Of a stretch of 64,000 nucleotides of DNA, positions 1 to 12,990 are shown piece after piece. Position 1 is the stretch's first letter; each line of letters opens with the position of its first letter. The position numbers and the translations under genes were made by a program. The DNA is from the human T2T-CHM13v2.0 reference genome, Homo sapiens, in the NCBI RefSeq assembly GCF_009914755.1, contig NC_060932.1; one strand, 5' to 3'. The notes below the pieces were generated by a model that had not been told where the DNA came from, did no database searches, and saw only the letters and a list, made by a program, of their open reading frames with translations.

Positions 1-697
1 ACATGTTTAAATGTGTTTATATACATGTACATGTACATGTAGTGTTATATATTGTGTCCAGCATGCTACCAAATTGGCTCATAAGGAAATGAGTACTTAT
101 AAATGAAATAAGTCTGAATGCTTTTTAGGTCCACATGAATTTAATAATTGTTAATAAATAAGCTAGCTTTGAAATTATTGGTAAGATAAAAAGAAAAATG
201 TCTTCAAAAGTGTCAGACACATTTTTGCCTGGGTTTACTCATTAGATAAGTTTTCTATTTGCTTCTGCTAGATATTTTAAGGTGTCAGGGTTTGACATAA
301 AGTTGGTAAGACCCTAAACCCAGCCCTAGCCTGAATGATCTTTGTGTGATTTTTTAATAAGCAAGACTAATTTGATATTGTTGGTTTAATAAAAATAGCT
401 ACATTGTCTGAGTTATTGGCAAAACACATGTCCACGTGTTTAGCTTTAAGGTTCTTGCTTAGATGAATATCTAATATTTACAGTCTATAAAAATAATTAA
501 TAAAAATACTTCAAATAATAATTTATCTTGATTCTCAAGAGTAATCTAGATAAACTGATAAAAATAAATAAATTAAATTAATGTAAATAAATGTTTATAA
601 ATAAACATTTTGCGTGATTTAAAATCTTAAAATTATTTGAGGTACTCATTGAATGTCTGGGTCATTTCCAATTTAGAAAGAGTTATAATATAAAATA
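1..697 (+). mobile_element. ERV1 MER4-group internal (non-coding, AT-rich) sequence, running off the window start
   Basis: AT-rich text typical of MER4-group internal regions (e.g. 'gtcagggtttgacataaag', 'ctgggtcatttccaatt'); family recalled, not searched. Confidence 0.55.
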
Positions 698-699
698 TT

Positions 700-2960
700 G
701 GTCACACTTCTGGGCTCATCAATAGAAAATAAAATATATGATATGGGGAAAGCATTGATGGACCTCAGTGAGCCTGATAAAATACAGACTGAGTCCAAAA
801 GTAATCAAAAAACAAAAATGGGATGGGCCATATGGGTGCCTGTACACTTGCCCTAGCCCACACCAGCAATAAGCTTGAAGTGATACCACCTTCCAAGGGG
901 AGACTCTGAAATCACCCAAACAATCCAAAAGTTACATAAGGTACAAATAGGCTGCCCCTAAGCCCCTCCAATAGCCCTTTAGGGGCCTGTGAAGAAGCCA
1001 GATGGCACTTGGAGAATGATGGTAGATTACTATGAGCTAAACAATATGGGGCCCCCTGAACATGCAGCTGTGCCTAATATTGCTCAACTGTTGGAGTAAG
1101 TGGTCCCTAAGCTGGGCAATGTCCATGCTGTGATTGACTTGGCTAATGCCTTTCCTAGTATTCTTTTAGCAGAAGATTCACAAAACCAGTTTGCCTTCAC
1201 TTAGGAGGGCCAACAGTGGACTCTCCAGATGCTACCACAAGGGTACCCGCACAGCTGCACCATTTGTCACAGTGTGATTGCACAGGACCTGTCTAGACTC
1301 TCTTTGCTTCCCTCGATTTCCCTGTTTCACTGTTTTAATGATAACACGTTGACCTCAGAGTCTCTTAGAGATCTGGAGACGGCTCTATAAACCATCTTGG
1401 ATGGCCTAAAGGACAGAAGCTAGAAAGTCAACCTCAAAAAGAAACAAGAGCCCAGCATAATCATCCAATTTTCAGGAGTTACCTGATTGGATAAGATGTG
1501 AAAAATACCAAGAGCTCTCATTAACAAGATAGCACAACAGTCTGTTCCCTAAACAGTAAACTAACTCCAGGTTTTCATAGGTTTACTGGGCTACTGGAGG
1601 ATATTCATTCCTCATTTGGCACAAATCCTACATTTGTTATGCACGCTAATAAAAAACAATAAAAATGGGACTGAACATGGAGAGCAAGAGGCATTCGACA
1701 AAACAAAAATATTGATAAAACAAGCTCAAGCACTAGAGACCCCATTGTCACAGCACCCTTTTATATTAAAAGTCACTAGAGATGTCACAAAGATAAATTG
1801 GGGTTTATGGCAAAAGCAACCAACAAAATGATACCTGAAGGGTTTTGGTGTTAATTATGAAAGAGGACAGAATCCTACAATATAGTCCTAGGGCAACAGT
1901 TACTGGCCATGTATAGGGCATTGCATCAAGTGGAGGCCACCACAGTAAAAGCTGCTTACCCCATAAAAGGGTGAACAGAAGGCCTCCTAGCTAAGCTCAC
2001 CTCTGGTGTGGCACGATCACACACCCTGCAGAAATAGCATTCATTTCTAAAACTAAGGGCTGTCCTGTCCACTAGTCCTTTAAGTCAGGAGCTATAGGAG
2101 GATCTCAGACCTGTCTACTTTGAACACATGGAGGGAGCCAATATGGCAGTGGACCCATCTGTGAGGCCAACCACCATGTATGAGGGGATCCTGCTGATAC
2201 CCACTAGAACCTGGTACACTGATGGGCCTAGCAAAGGTATCGAACACTGGACATCAGAACAAAATATAGACTGGAGGTTCACTTACCATATAACACAACA
2301 GGGCAGGCCTCATAAAAAAAAAAAAAGAATGGCCTGTTAAACACCCACTTATGTGGGTTTTTAATATGTCCTAGGATAGCTCTTTAAGGTCCTGGACTAA
2401 GACTCTCCCTGAAGCCATACACACTTTAAATAAGTCACCCATTATTACACATTGAATCACTCTCTATGAATGGTTGGCAAGGCCTGCAAAACAGGCCCTG
2501 CAAACTCTCTGGGTTACCTCTGAGACACTGAACCGTGCCTCTGGAGCAGATGGTCAGACTGTACTCCTGAGAGCACCAATGGATCTGCCAGGTGGTGATG
2601 ACTGCATGGACCCACAGTTAAGCTGGAAAGTGACTCTACACTGGATCAGTTTTATGGCACCAGAGGGCTCCAAGGAGACTGCTGGAGGGGAGGTGGTCCT
2701 AGCTGTGCTCCTGCTAGAGGTCCAAAAGCCTTAAAATATCAAAACATGGCAGCACCAATACCTGCTGGAGTGATCATAATGCAGACAGCTTGGACAAGGC
2801 CAAACACTTAGCATTTGGTTATTGTGTCTCTTCCTAGGAAGGAAAGCCACGTCTGGTACTGTAGTGCCAGGCCTGAAGCCTGCTATGGCCTCCCTAATAC
2901 AGCCCATGGAAAAAAAAAATACAATGATAGCAACGTTACAAAAACTAGATACACTCATGA
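700..2960 (+). pseudogene. pol: Decayed ERV-L/HERV-S-class pro-pol remnant (RT, truncated RNase H, integrase core, possible dUTPase-like vestige)
   Basis: Same-frame RT motifs: KKPDGTWRMMVDY (992-1030), DLANAF (1136-1153), QFAFT*EGQQW, LPQGY (1232), catalytic YIDD decayed to CFND (1331-1342). Also thumb GLLGYWR.FIPHLAQ (~1580-1625), RNase H WYTDG (2212-2226) and IN core W.F(H)LPY...AGLI..NGLL (~2270-2345). Many stops and frameshifts. Confidence 0.93.
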
Positions 2961-2990
2961 GAGTCCTTACTAAACACCTGTGTTTATGCC

Positions 2991-3537
2991 CATAGGCTGT
3001 TTTTCCTGCTACCCATGGCAGCTGGTAATGTCTTTCTGGACTGGGCTGCAACTACAGCAGCAGTCAGCAACCAGTGCGATTGTTGACTATATGAATACGT
3101 CCCCCTATCAAATCATAATTGTATGCCTTGGAATATTCTGCCTTTCTCCTGACAGAACTGGAGTGACTGGTTCAGCAGCACTGATAGCGCAGTCCAGGCT
3201 CAATGGGGATTGCATCCACCTGGAGGCTCAATTGACAACTCAATAGAGACCCAATAACATATGTCCTTGCAGATGCTACCTGTTGGGTCTCTATGCCCGA
3301 TAAAGGGAATAATGTCACAGATGCTTTAAATCCTTTGTCAACTCAGATCCATGATATAGCCCAGTTAGGTTTTTTGACTCATTCTCAAATTGGTTACACA
3401 CCTTACCTACTTATTGGAGTTATGTCTCACTAATAGACAGTATAATTGTAGTTAGCTTCTGCTTTTTATGCTGTTATGTACAATGTAGATGTGGCCTGTA
3501 TACACAAGCCATTGCTATACATTATAGGCCCATATAG
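2991..3537 (+). pseudogene. env: Internally deleted retroviral env remnant (SU N-terminus joined to TM C-terminus)
   Basis: NVFLDWA...NQCDC*LY (CWLC-type motif, 3081-3092)...MPWNILP. Then Y-X6-CW (CX6CC vestige, 3260-3286), PD..NVT, W-rich pre-membrane segment and hydrophobic IIVVSFCFLCC, ending TAG at 3535-3537 just upstream of the purine tract and LTR. Confidence 0.75.
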
Positions 3538-3622
3538 TTCTTCACCTCTTATTTTGCTCAGGGATCATTGAAAAAGATTCACAAAAAAAAAAAAAGAGTA
3601 AGAGCTGGGGAATGACATGGAT

Positions 3623-4023
3623 TGTAGTGTGATGGGTCCCCCACCAGATTACTTAAGAGTGAATGTCCGCTGCCTGAACCCTGAAGGCTGGGTGGTGAGC
3701 TAAGGCCATAGTACCAAGCCAAGGAGTGAGTGTCCCTGAGAACCCAAACATCCTGGAGAGTATTTGAGAACCTACCAAGAAAAATAGTCTTTTGCTCAAA
3801 CATAGTGGGCAGAGAGCCAGAAAATTAGCTTAAAAACAGTTTAGAGATGGAAGGTGGTGTGGATCTCTAGAGCTGTCCTGCCATCATCCGGGAACGCCCT
3901 GTCCGTAAGTCTAAATAGACGCATCTGCTCATGAAGCTGGACTTGTCTGTCATTCCTTGGTCCCTGAGCACTTCTCCAGTTTGGAAGTAAGGGGCATTAT
4001 AGTCCCAAGTTTTTCTCATAATA
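3623..4023 (+). mobile_element. 3' LTR of the ERV-L-class provirus (LTR32/LTR47-like; exact family uncertain)
   Basis: Begins TGTAGTG after purine-rich 'aaaagagtaagagctgggg'; ~400 bp; ends ...ctcataata (decayed CA); directly downstream of env. Confidence 0.8.
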
Positions 4024-4780
4024 GATACCTTTTCAGGGTTCCCTGTGCAGGTCCCTCTCTTTGGCTGTTCACACCTATGAGTGATAAGGGCTCCTATTTC
4101 TAGCTCCAGGTTTCTGTACTATCTTTTGTTGCTTTTCATCAACCCTGGCCACAACTTTATTAAACTTTCTATAAATTGCCTCTTTCCTAGTAGGCACCAG
4201 TTGTGCACAGGTAGGCAGGTAAGCAATACATGTTTTAAAGAATCAGTTCTTGGATAAATGGTAAAAATAGAGATTGAAGGTATGGGTAATTGCCACAAAT
4301 AGTATTGGAATGTCCCAGATTTGCCTTCACTGTGTAGTGAGTGGGCCTGGCTGTCTTGAATGAGCACCATGGAAGATGGATGGTGCATTAACTTGGGCTA
4401 AGGATAAGGAACATTCATGAGGGTCCTGAAGTCGGTCAGAGGTCAGGTGCCATAGGTTAGATCAAATTTGCTGAGATGATTGTTGGGGAGATGAGTCATT
4501 TAAGTGAGGCAGGAAGAGGCACAAATAACCAAGGTCAAAGCAGACAAACTATAAGGCTTGGATTTAGACACAGAGAAGAAATAAGTGGGTCAAAGCTTAG
4601 AAATCGAGTGGAGTTTTCTAGGGCAATTCTCATAGATGTTGGTCTCCTGTCTCTGCATCCTTTCATATGTGACTCATGAGGTGTGTTTATGTGTGTCTGT
4701 GTGTGTGTGTGAGAATAAGTTTAACAGGTACTTACACATTTTTTCATCACTGATACCACCAAACTACATACCAATATAAA

Positions 4781-4797
4781 CTCTCTCTCAATCTCTT

Positions 4798-4847
<50 letters not shown>
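4781..4847. repeat. Compound (CT)n(CA)n microsatellite
   Basis: Directly visible. Confidence 0.95.
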
Positions 4848-4849
<2 letters not shown>

Positions 4850-5509
4850 CTACCCCTGAAGTTCATAGATGGCACACATCTCTTGCAGTGGCCATACAGA
4901 TGCCAGCAGTGGTTTCCAGGAAATGCTCCTCTAGAAATTCCCTTTTTATGTCTCTTTCATACAAAATAAAGGAAACTTGCATCTATTTCTCTGCTTTCCT
5001 CTGCTTACCCAATATCTCATGATGATCTGCTTTGCTTTCTGCATCTGAATCAACCTATTTTGCCTCAGGAAATAGCCTTCTGTGTTATTTTACTGCTTCC
5101 ACCTTGACAAAGGAGCCTGTGTGAAGTGGAATTGACAGGGTTACAGTATTTTCTGTCATTTCATTATTGAGGGTTTATTGGTCATTCATATCAGCCTCAC
5201 ACTTTTGCAGACCTTCTCAGAGCTGCTCGCCTCCTCAGCTTCCATCTAATGTTACTCCCCTGATTGAGCTCTTTAAGTACTCAATCTTAAACTTGGTTTT
5301 TTCACCAAAATCATTCATAATCACTGTTATTATCGCTTATAATTAGTATAGTCATTTTGGCTCAGAATAGCTAACAACATTAGCCTTTAGTCTGGTAAAC
5401 CTTGGCAATTGTATTTGGTGGAAGATCTAGTGTGTTAGTAAGAAAATAGCTACGATGCCTGAGTCTGTTATTTTTCAAGGGTCAGATAGATTCCATCTGG
5501 GTCATAGAC

Positions 5510-5690
5510 ATGTTATCCCATAAAATCCTTATGCCAACTATTACAATTATAATTAAACTTTATAGGTGAGAAAACCAAGGTTCAGAGTGGTTGAATGAAT
5601 TGCCAATATTACAGAGCTAATAAGTAACAGAGATGGGATTTAAACCCCGACCTGGTTCTTGTACCTTTTTACTGCACTACATTATTTTGG
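5510..5690 (-). mobile_element. MIR
   Basis: Core 'ggtgagaaaaccaaggttcagagtggttgaatgaattgcc...gggatttaaaccc'. Confidence 0.8.
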
Positions 5691-6005
5691 ACTGCAGAGA
5701 GCATTTATAAAATCTGGAGAAAAAAGTTGGCATCAGATCACCCACAATAATAAGACGGGGTGCCAGAAAGTGAGACTGAAAAAGCACTGGGCCATACTCA
5801 ATTTGCAGTGGACATTCACAGGGCTTTGTTGTAATTAAATATGTAGTTGCAGCTTATATTCCATTGGTTCAGGTTTAGTTATGGGAGCAGGTGTTGCAGA
5901 AGGAAAAGCAAGCAATCTGAACCACAAAGATAGGAGCAAAACAGAAGGAAGCGTAAAACGGTGAAAACCTATGACCTTCTCTTTTTTAAGAGATGCAGTA
6001 GCTGC

Positions 6006-6417
6006 TGTTGTGTGTCACCCAGATCTCTCATTAAACAACTAAAGTACCTGTTGCCCCAACCGCTAGGAGTGTTGACCACAGACAGCTCTCATTGGAGCCT
6101 CCCTCTGAGCTCTTCTACCAGCTGAAGAGAAGCAACTTGTCCAAGATCAATCCCCTTTCTAGACACAGCCCACATCCAATGATAGGTCAATTCTCCTTGT
6201 GTCACATGAGGCCTCTCTATAAGGCCATCCAGCTCCAGAGTGCTGTGAAGTCACCTGAGGCCTTTGTTCTGACTGCATCTTTTTCAACTTGCCCCTCGGC
6301 CCAATTCTCCTGCTTTCACTTCTCTACAAGTGTTCGCCCTAACATCACCACCCAGTAAATTTCCTGCACAGAAATCAATGCCTCAGAGTCGATTTCCCAG
6401 GAGACCTGAACTGTAAT
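6006..6417 (+). mobile_element. LTR16-family solo LTR (ERVL)
   Basis: 'acagctctc', 'ggccatccagctccagag', 'ggcctttgtt', 3' end 'cctcagagtcgatttcccaggagacctga'. Confidence 0.8.
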
Positions 6418-7394
6418 ATGGAGTAAGTCGTGAATCTCTGTTGTGGCAGCCAACTCTAGTTAATCTCAATATTTCTGAGAGAGTTATGACTGTTTGTCAA
6501 ATATTTACTGTAGTACCAGTAAATATATCAGGATACAATAAATATTAGGAGTACTTTCATAAGTGTAAGAATGGAAATATTTTACTGATTTTCGAAGGAG
6601 CAATTTAGCTGCTGTTGGAGGATAAGTCAGTGGTCTGGGCAGAATTCAGATCTGAATAAGAACATCCATGTACATTACTTTATCTCCAGGGTCTTGAATG
6701 CTGATGACAGCATGAAAACGTCTTAATAATCACTAACACATGGTGAAATGCTATGCCTCTGCTTGGTGTTTTAAGAAGCTCTTTCTTCCACTTTAAAAAT
6801 GTCTATAAAAGTCCCTTCAGGATTGCCAGGAGTTAAGTCACTGTGGTCACAGGCTTGCCCTCCAGTGACCAAGGCAATGAGAAAATATTCCTGAAACTCT
6901 TCTAGGTGTGAGAAACACAGGGCACATTATTGCACTTTTAAGGGGTGTGGCATGTGAAGGACAGAGTACAAACATTTCAGGGTTTTGGAAACTAGATGAT
7001 ATACCACCATCGAAGCTCTATCGCTAACCAAATCCCCTCACCTTCAGTAATACCAACAACCTGCTTTGTGGCTCACTCTTCCATTCTCGTAAGTCTTTGC
7101 CCATCTTCTGTGCTGATAATCCTGCTGTTTCTTTAAGACCCAGATGAAACAATGACATCTAGTCAGAATTGTTTACCTCCCTAAGGGATATAAATACATC
7201 TAAAGTTTTTTGGAAAACAATTGAATTTCATTCATGTTCATATGTTTAGATATAGGCATTTCACCTCTAAAACCCTCTTAAGAAAATAATTCAAAATGTA
7301 GTACAGATTTTTCAAATATAAAGATATAAAAAATTCCTAGCCATGACCATAAAAAAATATTCCCTTTGTTTTTCTTTCATTCTCTTTCTTCTTT

Positions 7395-7520
7395 TAGTAG
7401 AATTTAAGTTTTGTCAGGTCAAGAAACATGTTTGTTTTCTTCACTGCTGTATCCCCACTATCTAAAACAGTGCGGTAATGGTAACCATGGTAAATGTGCA
7501 GTAAATATTTGATAAATGGT
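7395..7520 (+). mobile_element. L2 3' end
   Basis: 'ttttcttcactgctgtatcccc...aacagtgc...taaatatttg'. Confidence 0.7.
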
Positions 7521-8625
7521 TAAATCTTCAAACGTGCAGAAGGTAGTTGGAAAAACATGAAGTTTAATTGAGATATAAAGAAGACTTGCATACAAGAAGA
7601 GTAGTACTTTATTTCTGGTTGGAAAGAGTTAACCTTGTAAAGATGCCAAATTCCCTGATAATCTATATATTTACAGTATTTTTCACTTAACATACAAATG
7701 GAAAAAAATAGTACTTTTCTTTTTATGAGGAGAAATAGGAAAGGTTTTGTCCTACCATATATATGTGTGTATACATCTATGCAGATACACACACACACAC
7801 ACATAAACAGAAATAAAAATGGTGTGGTACTGAAAAAGTGCTTTAAATGCTTTACCTGATGATGTGACAGCTTTAACTTAGTGAGGTATGAATGCAAGAG
7901 ATGTGTTATTCCCACAGTTACTATTAACCATGCTTTGTTGAATCTTCCTTTTCCACTGGTTAGCAGCCATCTTATGTAATACGATTAGTAAAACAATCTA
8001 CTTTCAGTCCAGACCACTGTAAAACTTTAATCTCCAACTCCTACCCTCCATCCACCCTAGTTGCCCTCCTAGCACATTAGGGAAACATACTGTGAGATCC
8101 ATAAATTCCTATTTTCTGTAGACATTTCAGCTGCTACCAAGAAAGTAAACTCCTGATGAATCTACTGTACATCCAGGCCTAACAACGACTGCCTTGATGA
8201 CTCAGAACAGCAGTTTCTCATATGGATAAAAAAGCAGACTGGGCCTTTTAGCACCTTTCTGAAGATATTGCATGCAACATTAAATACATTTTTCAAAACA
8301 TCCAGGTGTGAAGGGGATAAAAGAAACCATAGGTTATAAGCATTCACCATTTTCTCTCTCCCACTTCTCCCAATGGAGGGAAGTAGATTGCTTGCTAGGT
8401 CAGTACTGGGTTCTTTTTTAGTTATACAAAAATTAGGACAAAAGGCAAAGGACAAGACAAAACAAAAGACCTGAGCCAGATGAGGGTTGTTATAGGCTGG
8501 GAAGAAAGAAGGTTTTTGAAGGGTGCAGATAATGGGGGAAACAGAAGAGATTTGTTTTGTTTCTCTCGGACAGTGGAGAGTCCAAGAGAAATGGAAGGTG
8601 AGTTATGCAGAGAAAGGAGTCTTTT

Positions 8626-9286
8626 GTTGTGGTTGTTTTGTTTTTGTTGTTGTTTTTTTTTTATTATACCTTAAGTCCTGGGGTACATGTGCAGAACATG
8701 CTTGTTTGTTACATAGGTATACACATGCCATGGTGGTTTGCTGCACCCATCAACCAGTCATCTACATTAGGTATTTCTTCTAATGCTATCCCTCCCCTAG
8801 CCTCCCAACCCCCTACAGGCCCCAGTGTGTGATGTTTGTTCCCCTCCCTGTGTCCATGTGTTCTCATTGTTCAACTCCCACTTATGAGCAAGAACATGTA
8901 GTGTTTGGTTTTCTGTTGTTGAGTTAGTTTGCTGAGAATGATGGTTTCCAGTGTCATCCATGTCCCTGCAAAGGACATGAACTCATCCTTTTTTATGGCC
9001 GCATAGTATTCCATGGTGTATATTTGCCACATTTTCTTTATCCAGTCTATCATTGATGGGTATTTCGGTTGGTTCCAAGTCTTTGCTATTATGAACAGTG
9101 CTGCAATAAACATATGTGTGCATGTGTCTTCATAGTAGAATGATTTATAATCCTTTGGGTATATACCCAGTAATGGTATTGCTGGGTCAAATGGTATTTC
9201 TCATTCTAGATCCTTAAGGAATCACCACACTGTCTTCCACAATGGTTGAACTAATTTACACTCCCACCAACAGTGTAAAAGCACTG
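8626..9286 (-). mobile_element. 5'-truncated L1PA (3' UTR plus ORF2 C-terminus); tail degraded to a (TTG)n-like repeat
   Basis: ORF MFIAALFIIAKTWNQPK... is the L1 ORF2 end; TSD gaaaggagtctttt (8612-8625) / gaaaggagattttt (9287-9300). Confidence 0.95.
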
Positions 9287-10512
9287 GAAAGGAGATTTTT
9301 TTAAGGGAAGTTTTCTGGCTGCTACAGCCACCCCCTTTGAAACTTCTGCTTCCATTGCTTTTTTTTTTTTTGAAATATACTACACTAAATATTTCAAATG
9401 GTTTTAGCTACTGAACTGTTTGTATGGGAATTTGCATAGCACTAGTTGCAAAGCAATTGGGTTACATGAGCTATATGAGATATTTTATTTACCAAACATG
9501 CCACCTGTGTATTCTGGTCAAGAAGAATTATTCTAGATGCTTATGAGGCCCTGGTATTTAGATAGTTAAACAGTGATCTTCAAATGATGCTCTGGTGGTT
9601 TCCTCAAAAGTTCTCTAAAACAAATACTTCGTTGAAATTATTTTGGTTCTGAATAGCCTTGAATGCATCCTCAGAAATCCTAAGTTCATGTTCCAGCTTT
9701 ACTTTACTAACTGCACAAACCAACTGTGAACCTCATGAAGGCAGGAAAGACATATTATCATCTTTTTATATTGTCATGGTTTTAGCGATTGGCCACCTGG
9801 GGCACATAGTAAACACTCAATATGGGTGAATAAGTGGGTATGGCTTCAGACATTTTCAATAAATTCTTTAGTTGTTTTCATAAAGTACTGGATTAAAGCA
9901 TCCTTCTGGTATCATGAGTCAACTTTTAAAAAATCAATTACCTATAACTTCAGGCAATATTGTTCTTTCTTAGTTGGGTATATCAACTGAATAACCATGC
10001 ATCCTACCCCTCACCCTTGATGCTGCCTTAAATAAGGATAAATGTTCTCTGAGTTTGTATAAATAAATGAAAGAGAGGCAGAGAGAGAAAAAGATATGGG
10101 AAAGAAGAGAGAAATAAAATAATATGGGAATTTAAGCAAATTCTTCGGGGAAAGAAAATCTATTCCAGTATTGACTCCTTCATTGAAGTAACCAATCGAT
10201 ATATACAAGAAGTCCAAAAATATTTTTAACATATTGGAAATATTGCTGGATGTTTTAGATGAACTGTTTACATATAGGAAACTGGTAAAATACAGGTGTC
10301 CTCATACACGTCTTCTTTTATCATCATGGTTACTCTTACTTAAATTTATTAGCATGGATGGACACTTAGTAATGTGCTCACATGGAAGAGGCTACATGTG
10401 TTTACACAGTATGGTGACTGCTCACCAATTTTTTTCCCAATTGATCAAAGTGACACCAATTTTTCTTTCCTATTTTTTTTTTCTTTTAATAAAGGAAACA
10501 CATCAAGTGTTT

Positions 10513-10831
<319 letters not shown>

Positions 10832-10954
10832 TGAAGACATTCTGTTCCATCCCAAAGGAGCTCCGCAATAATGTTCTTTTATCATTAATTGCTGGATGTT
10901 CTGAAATGTTTTCTCCCCTGAAGTCATAAGTCGCAAGTTTCTGATGTTTTATCT

Positions 10955-10986
<32 letters not shown>

Positions 10987-11208
10987 AGCATCCTGGTTCT
11001 CTGAAGACAAGTGTCATGGAAATACTTTTGGATAGGCAAAAATGCATTCATTCCTTGGTCTATTCAAAGAGTCAATATCTCTAAGAACGGCAGCTGCGTT
11101 ATCCAAAACATGGATTTTTTCTCCTGCAAGTATTGTGATGATTGATACTTTGGAGTTTTTTCTGCTGCATCTCTCATAGCAAGGTTACTCTTTAAAAACT
11201 ATTGCTCA

Positions 11209-12278
11209 AATACCATTCAGGACATTGGCATGGACAAAGACTTCATAACTAAAACACCAAAAGCAATTGCAATGAAAGCCAAAATTGACAAATGGAATCT
11301 AATCAAACTAAAGAGCTTCTGCACAGCAGAAGAAACTATCATCAGAGTGAACAGGCAACCTACAGAATAGGAGAAAATTTTTGCAAGCTACCTATGTGAT
11401 GAAGGTTTAATATCCAGAATCTATAAGGAACTTAAACAAATTTACAAGAAAAAAATAACCCCATCAAAAAGTGCACGAAGGATATGAACAGACACTTCTC
11501 AAAAGAAGACGTTTATGTGCCAAGAAACAGGAAAAAAAGCTCATCATCACTGGTCATTAGAGAAATGCAAATCAAAACCACAATGAGATACCATCTCGCT
11601 CCAGTTAGAATGATGATCATTAGAAAGTCAGGAAACAACAGATGCTGGCAAGGCTGTGGAGAAATAGAAACACTTTTACACTGTTGGTGGGAGTGTTAGT
11701 TCAACCATTGTGGAAGACAGTGTGGCGATTCCTCAAGGATCTAGGACCAGAAATATCATTTGACCCAGCAATCCCATTACTGGGTATATACTCAAAGGAT
11801 TACACACACGTATGTTTATTGCAGCACTATTCACAATAGCAAAGACTTGGAACCAACCCAAATGCCATCAATGATAGACTGGATAAAGAAAATATGGCAC
11901 ATATACACCATGGAATATCATGCAGCCATAAAGAAGAATGAGTTCAAGTCCTTTGCAGGGACATGGATGAAGCTGGAAGTCATCATTCTCAGCAAACTAA
12001 CATGGGAACAGAAAACCAAACACTGCATGTTCTCACTCACAAGTGGGAGTTGAACAATGAGAAAATATGGACACAGGGAGGGGAACAACACACACCAGGA
12101 CCTGTCAGGGGTTGGGGGGCAAGGGGAGGGAGAGCATTAGTATAAATACCTAATGCATGCGGGGGTTAAAACCTAGATAACAGGTTGATAGGTGCAGCAA
12201 ACTACCATGGCATATGTATACCTATGTAACAAACCTGCATGTTCAGCACATGTATCCCAGAACTTAAAAGAAAGAAAA
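11209..12278 (+). mobile_element. 5'-truncated L1PA (L1PA7/8-like)
   Basis: ORF2 3' sequence, 3' UTR and A tail; TSD aaaaactattgctcaaa / aaaaacgattgcccaaa. Confidence 0.95.
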
Positions 12279-12319
12279 AAACGATTGCCCAAATCAAGAG
12301 CTCATAACTCAACATCAAT

Positions 12320-12570
12320 AATAATTTTTAAAAAATATTACGTACTATAGAGCACTTAACCATTCTAAAAGTTTTTTGTGTAACAACATTTTCAATCCTC
12401 ACCACAGCCCCAGGAGATTAGTTCTGCTACTATTCCTGCTTTATAAATAAGGAAAATAAAGCACAGAGAAGTTAAGCAATTTCCCAAGGTCTCACATAAA
12501 GTAAACAGTAGAGCAAGGGACTGCCATGTGGTCATCTGCTTATAGTCACCTCTCTCACTGCTATGACACA
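12320..12570 (-). mobile_element. MIR
   Basis: 'aaggaaaataaagcacagagaagttaagcaatttcccaaggtctcaca'. Confidence 0.85.
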
Positions 12571-12624
12571 CTGCATCTGATTGGCATAAAATGAAATCTA
12601 TGGACATTTTTAATGAGTATGCAA

Positions 12625-12780
12625 GCTTCCTAGGGCCAATGAACCCCCTGAGACTTTTACACAAATGTGTGTGCATATGTGCTTGTACTTACCTGTGAAT
12701 TTCTCTGGGAAGAGACATTATTGCCTTCACTGGGTTCTCAGAATGCTTCAAGGCTGCAGAAAAAGAGGTTAAAGAATAAT
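12625..12780. mobile_element. hAT-Charlie MITE fragment (MER103-like)
   Basis: 'atgaaccccctgag...tgtgtgtgcat...tttctctgggaagag...aaaagaggttaaagaa'. Confidence 0.55.
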
Positions 12781-12782
12781 AT

Positions 12783-12990
12783 AGGGGGAAATAGCATAGT
12801 CTTTGAGACCTAAGTCCTCATGGTTTAAATCCTGGCTGTGTCACCCAGCAAAAAAATGAGCTTTATTGAGTCATTAACAGCTTTAATTTTCCTGATGTGT
12901 TACACAGAGAATAACAATGCCAATTAATTGTGAGAACCAAAGGAGGAAATACACACCCAGCATTCAAAAGACTGTGTGGCATATAGAGCG
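12783..12990 (+). mobile_element. MIR
   Basis: tRNA-like head 'ggtttaaatcctggctgtgtcac' plus core. Confidence 0.65.

Noticed and set aside
20-42. Palindromic tacatgtacatgtacatgta
   Set aside because: Simple (CATGTA)n slippage repeat within ERV internal sequence.
8871-9113. Recurrent ORF MFIAALF..AKTWNQPK (also 11760-12053 and 30525-30767) resembling a gene family
   Set aside because: It is the LINE-1 ORF2-end/3' UTR translation in three independent L1PA insertions.
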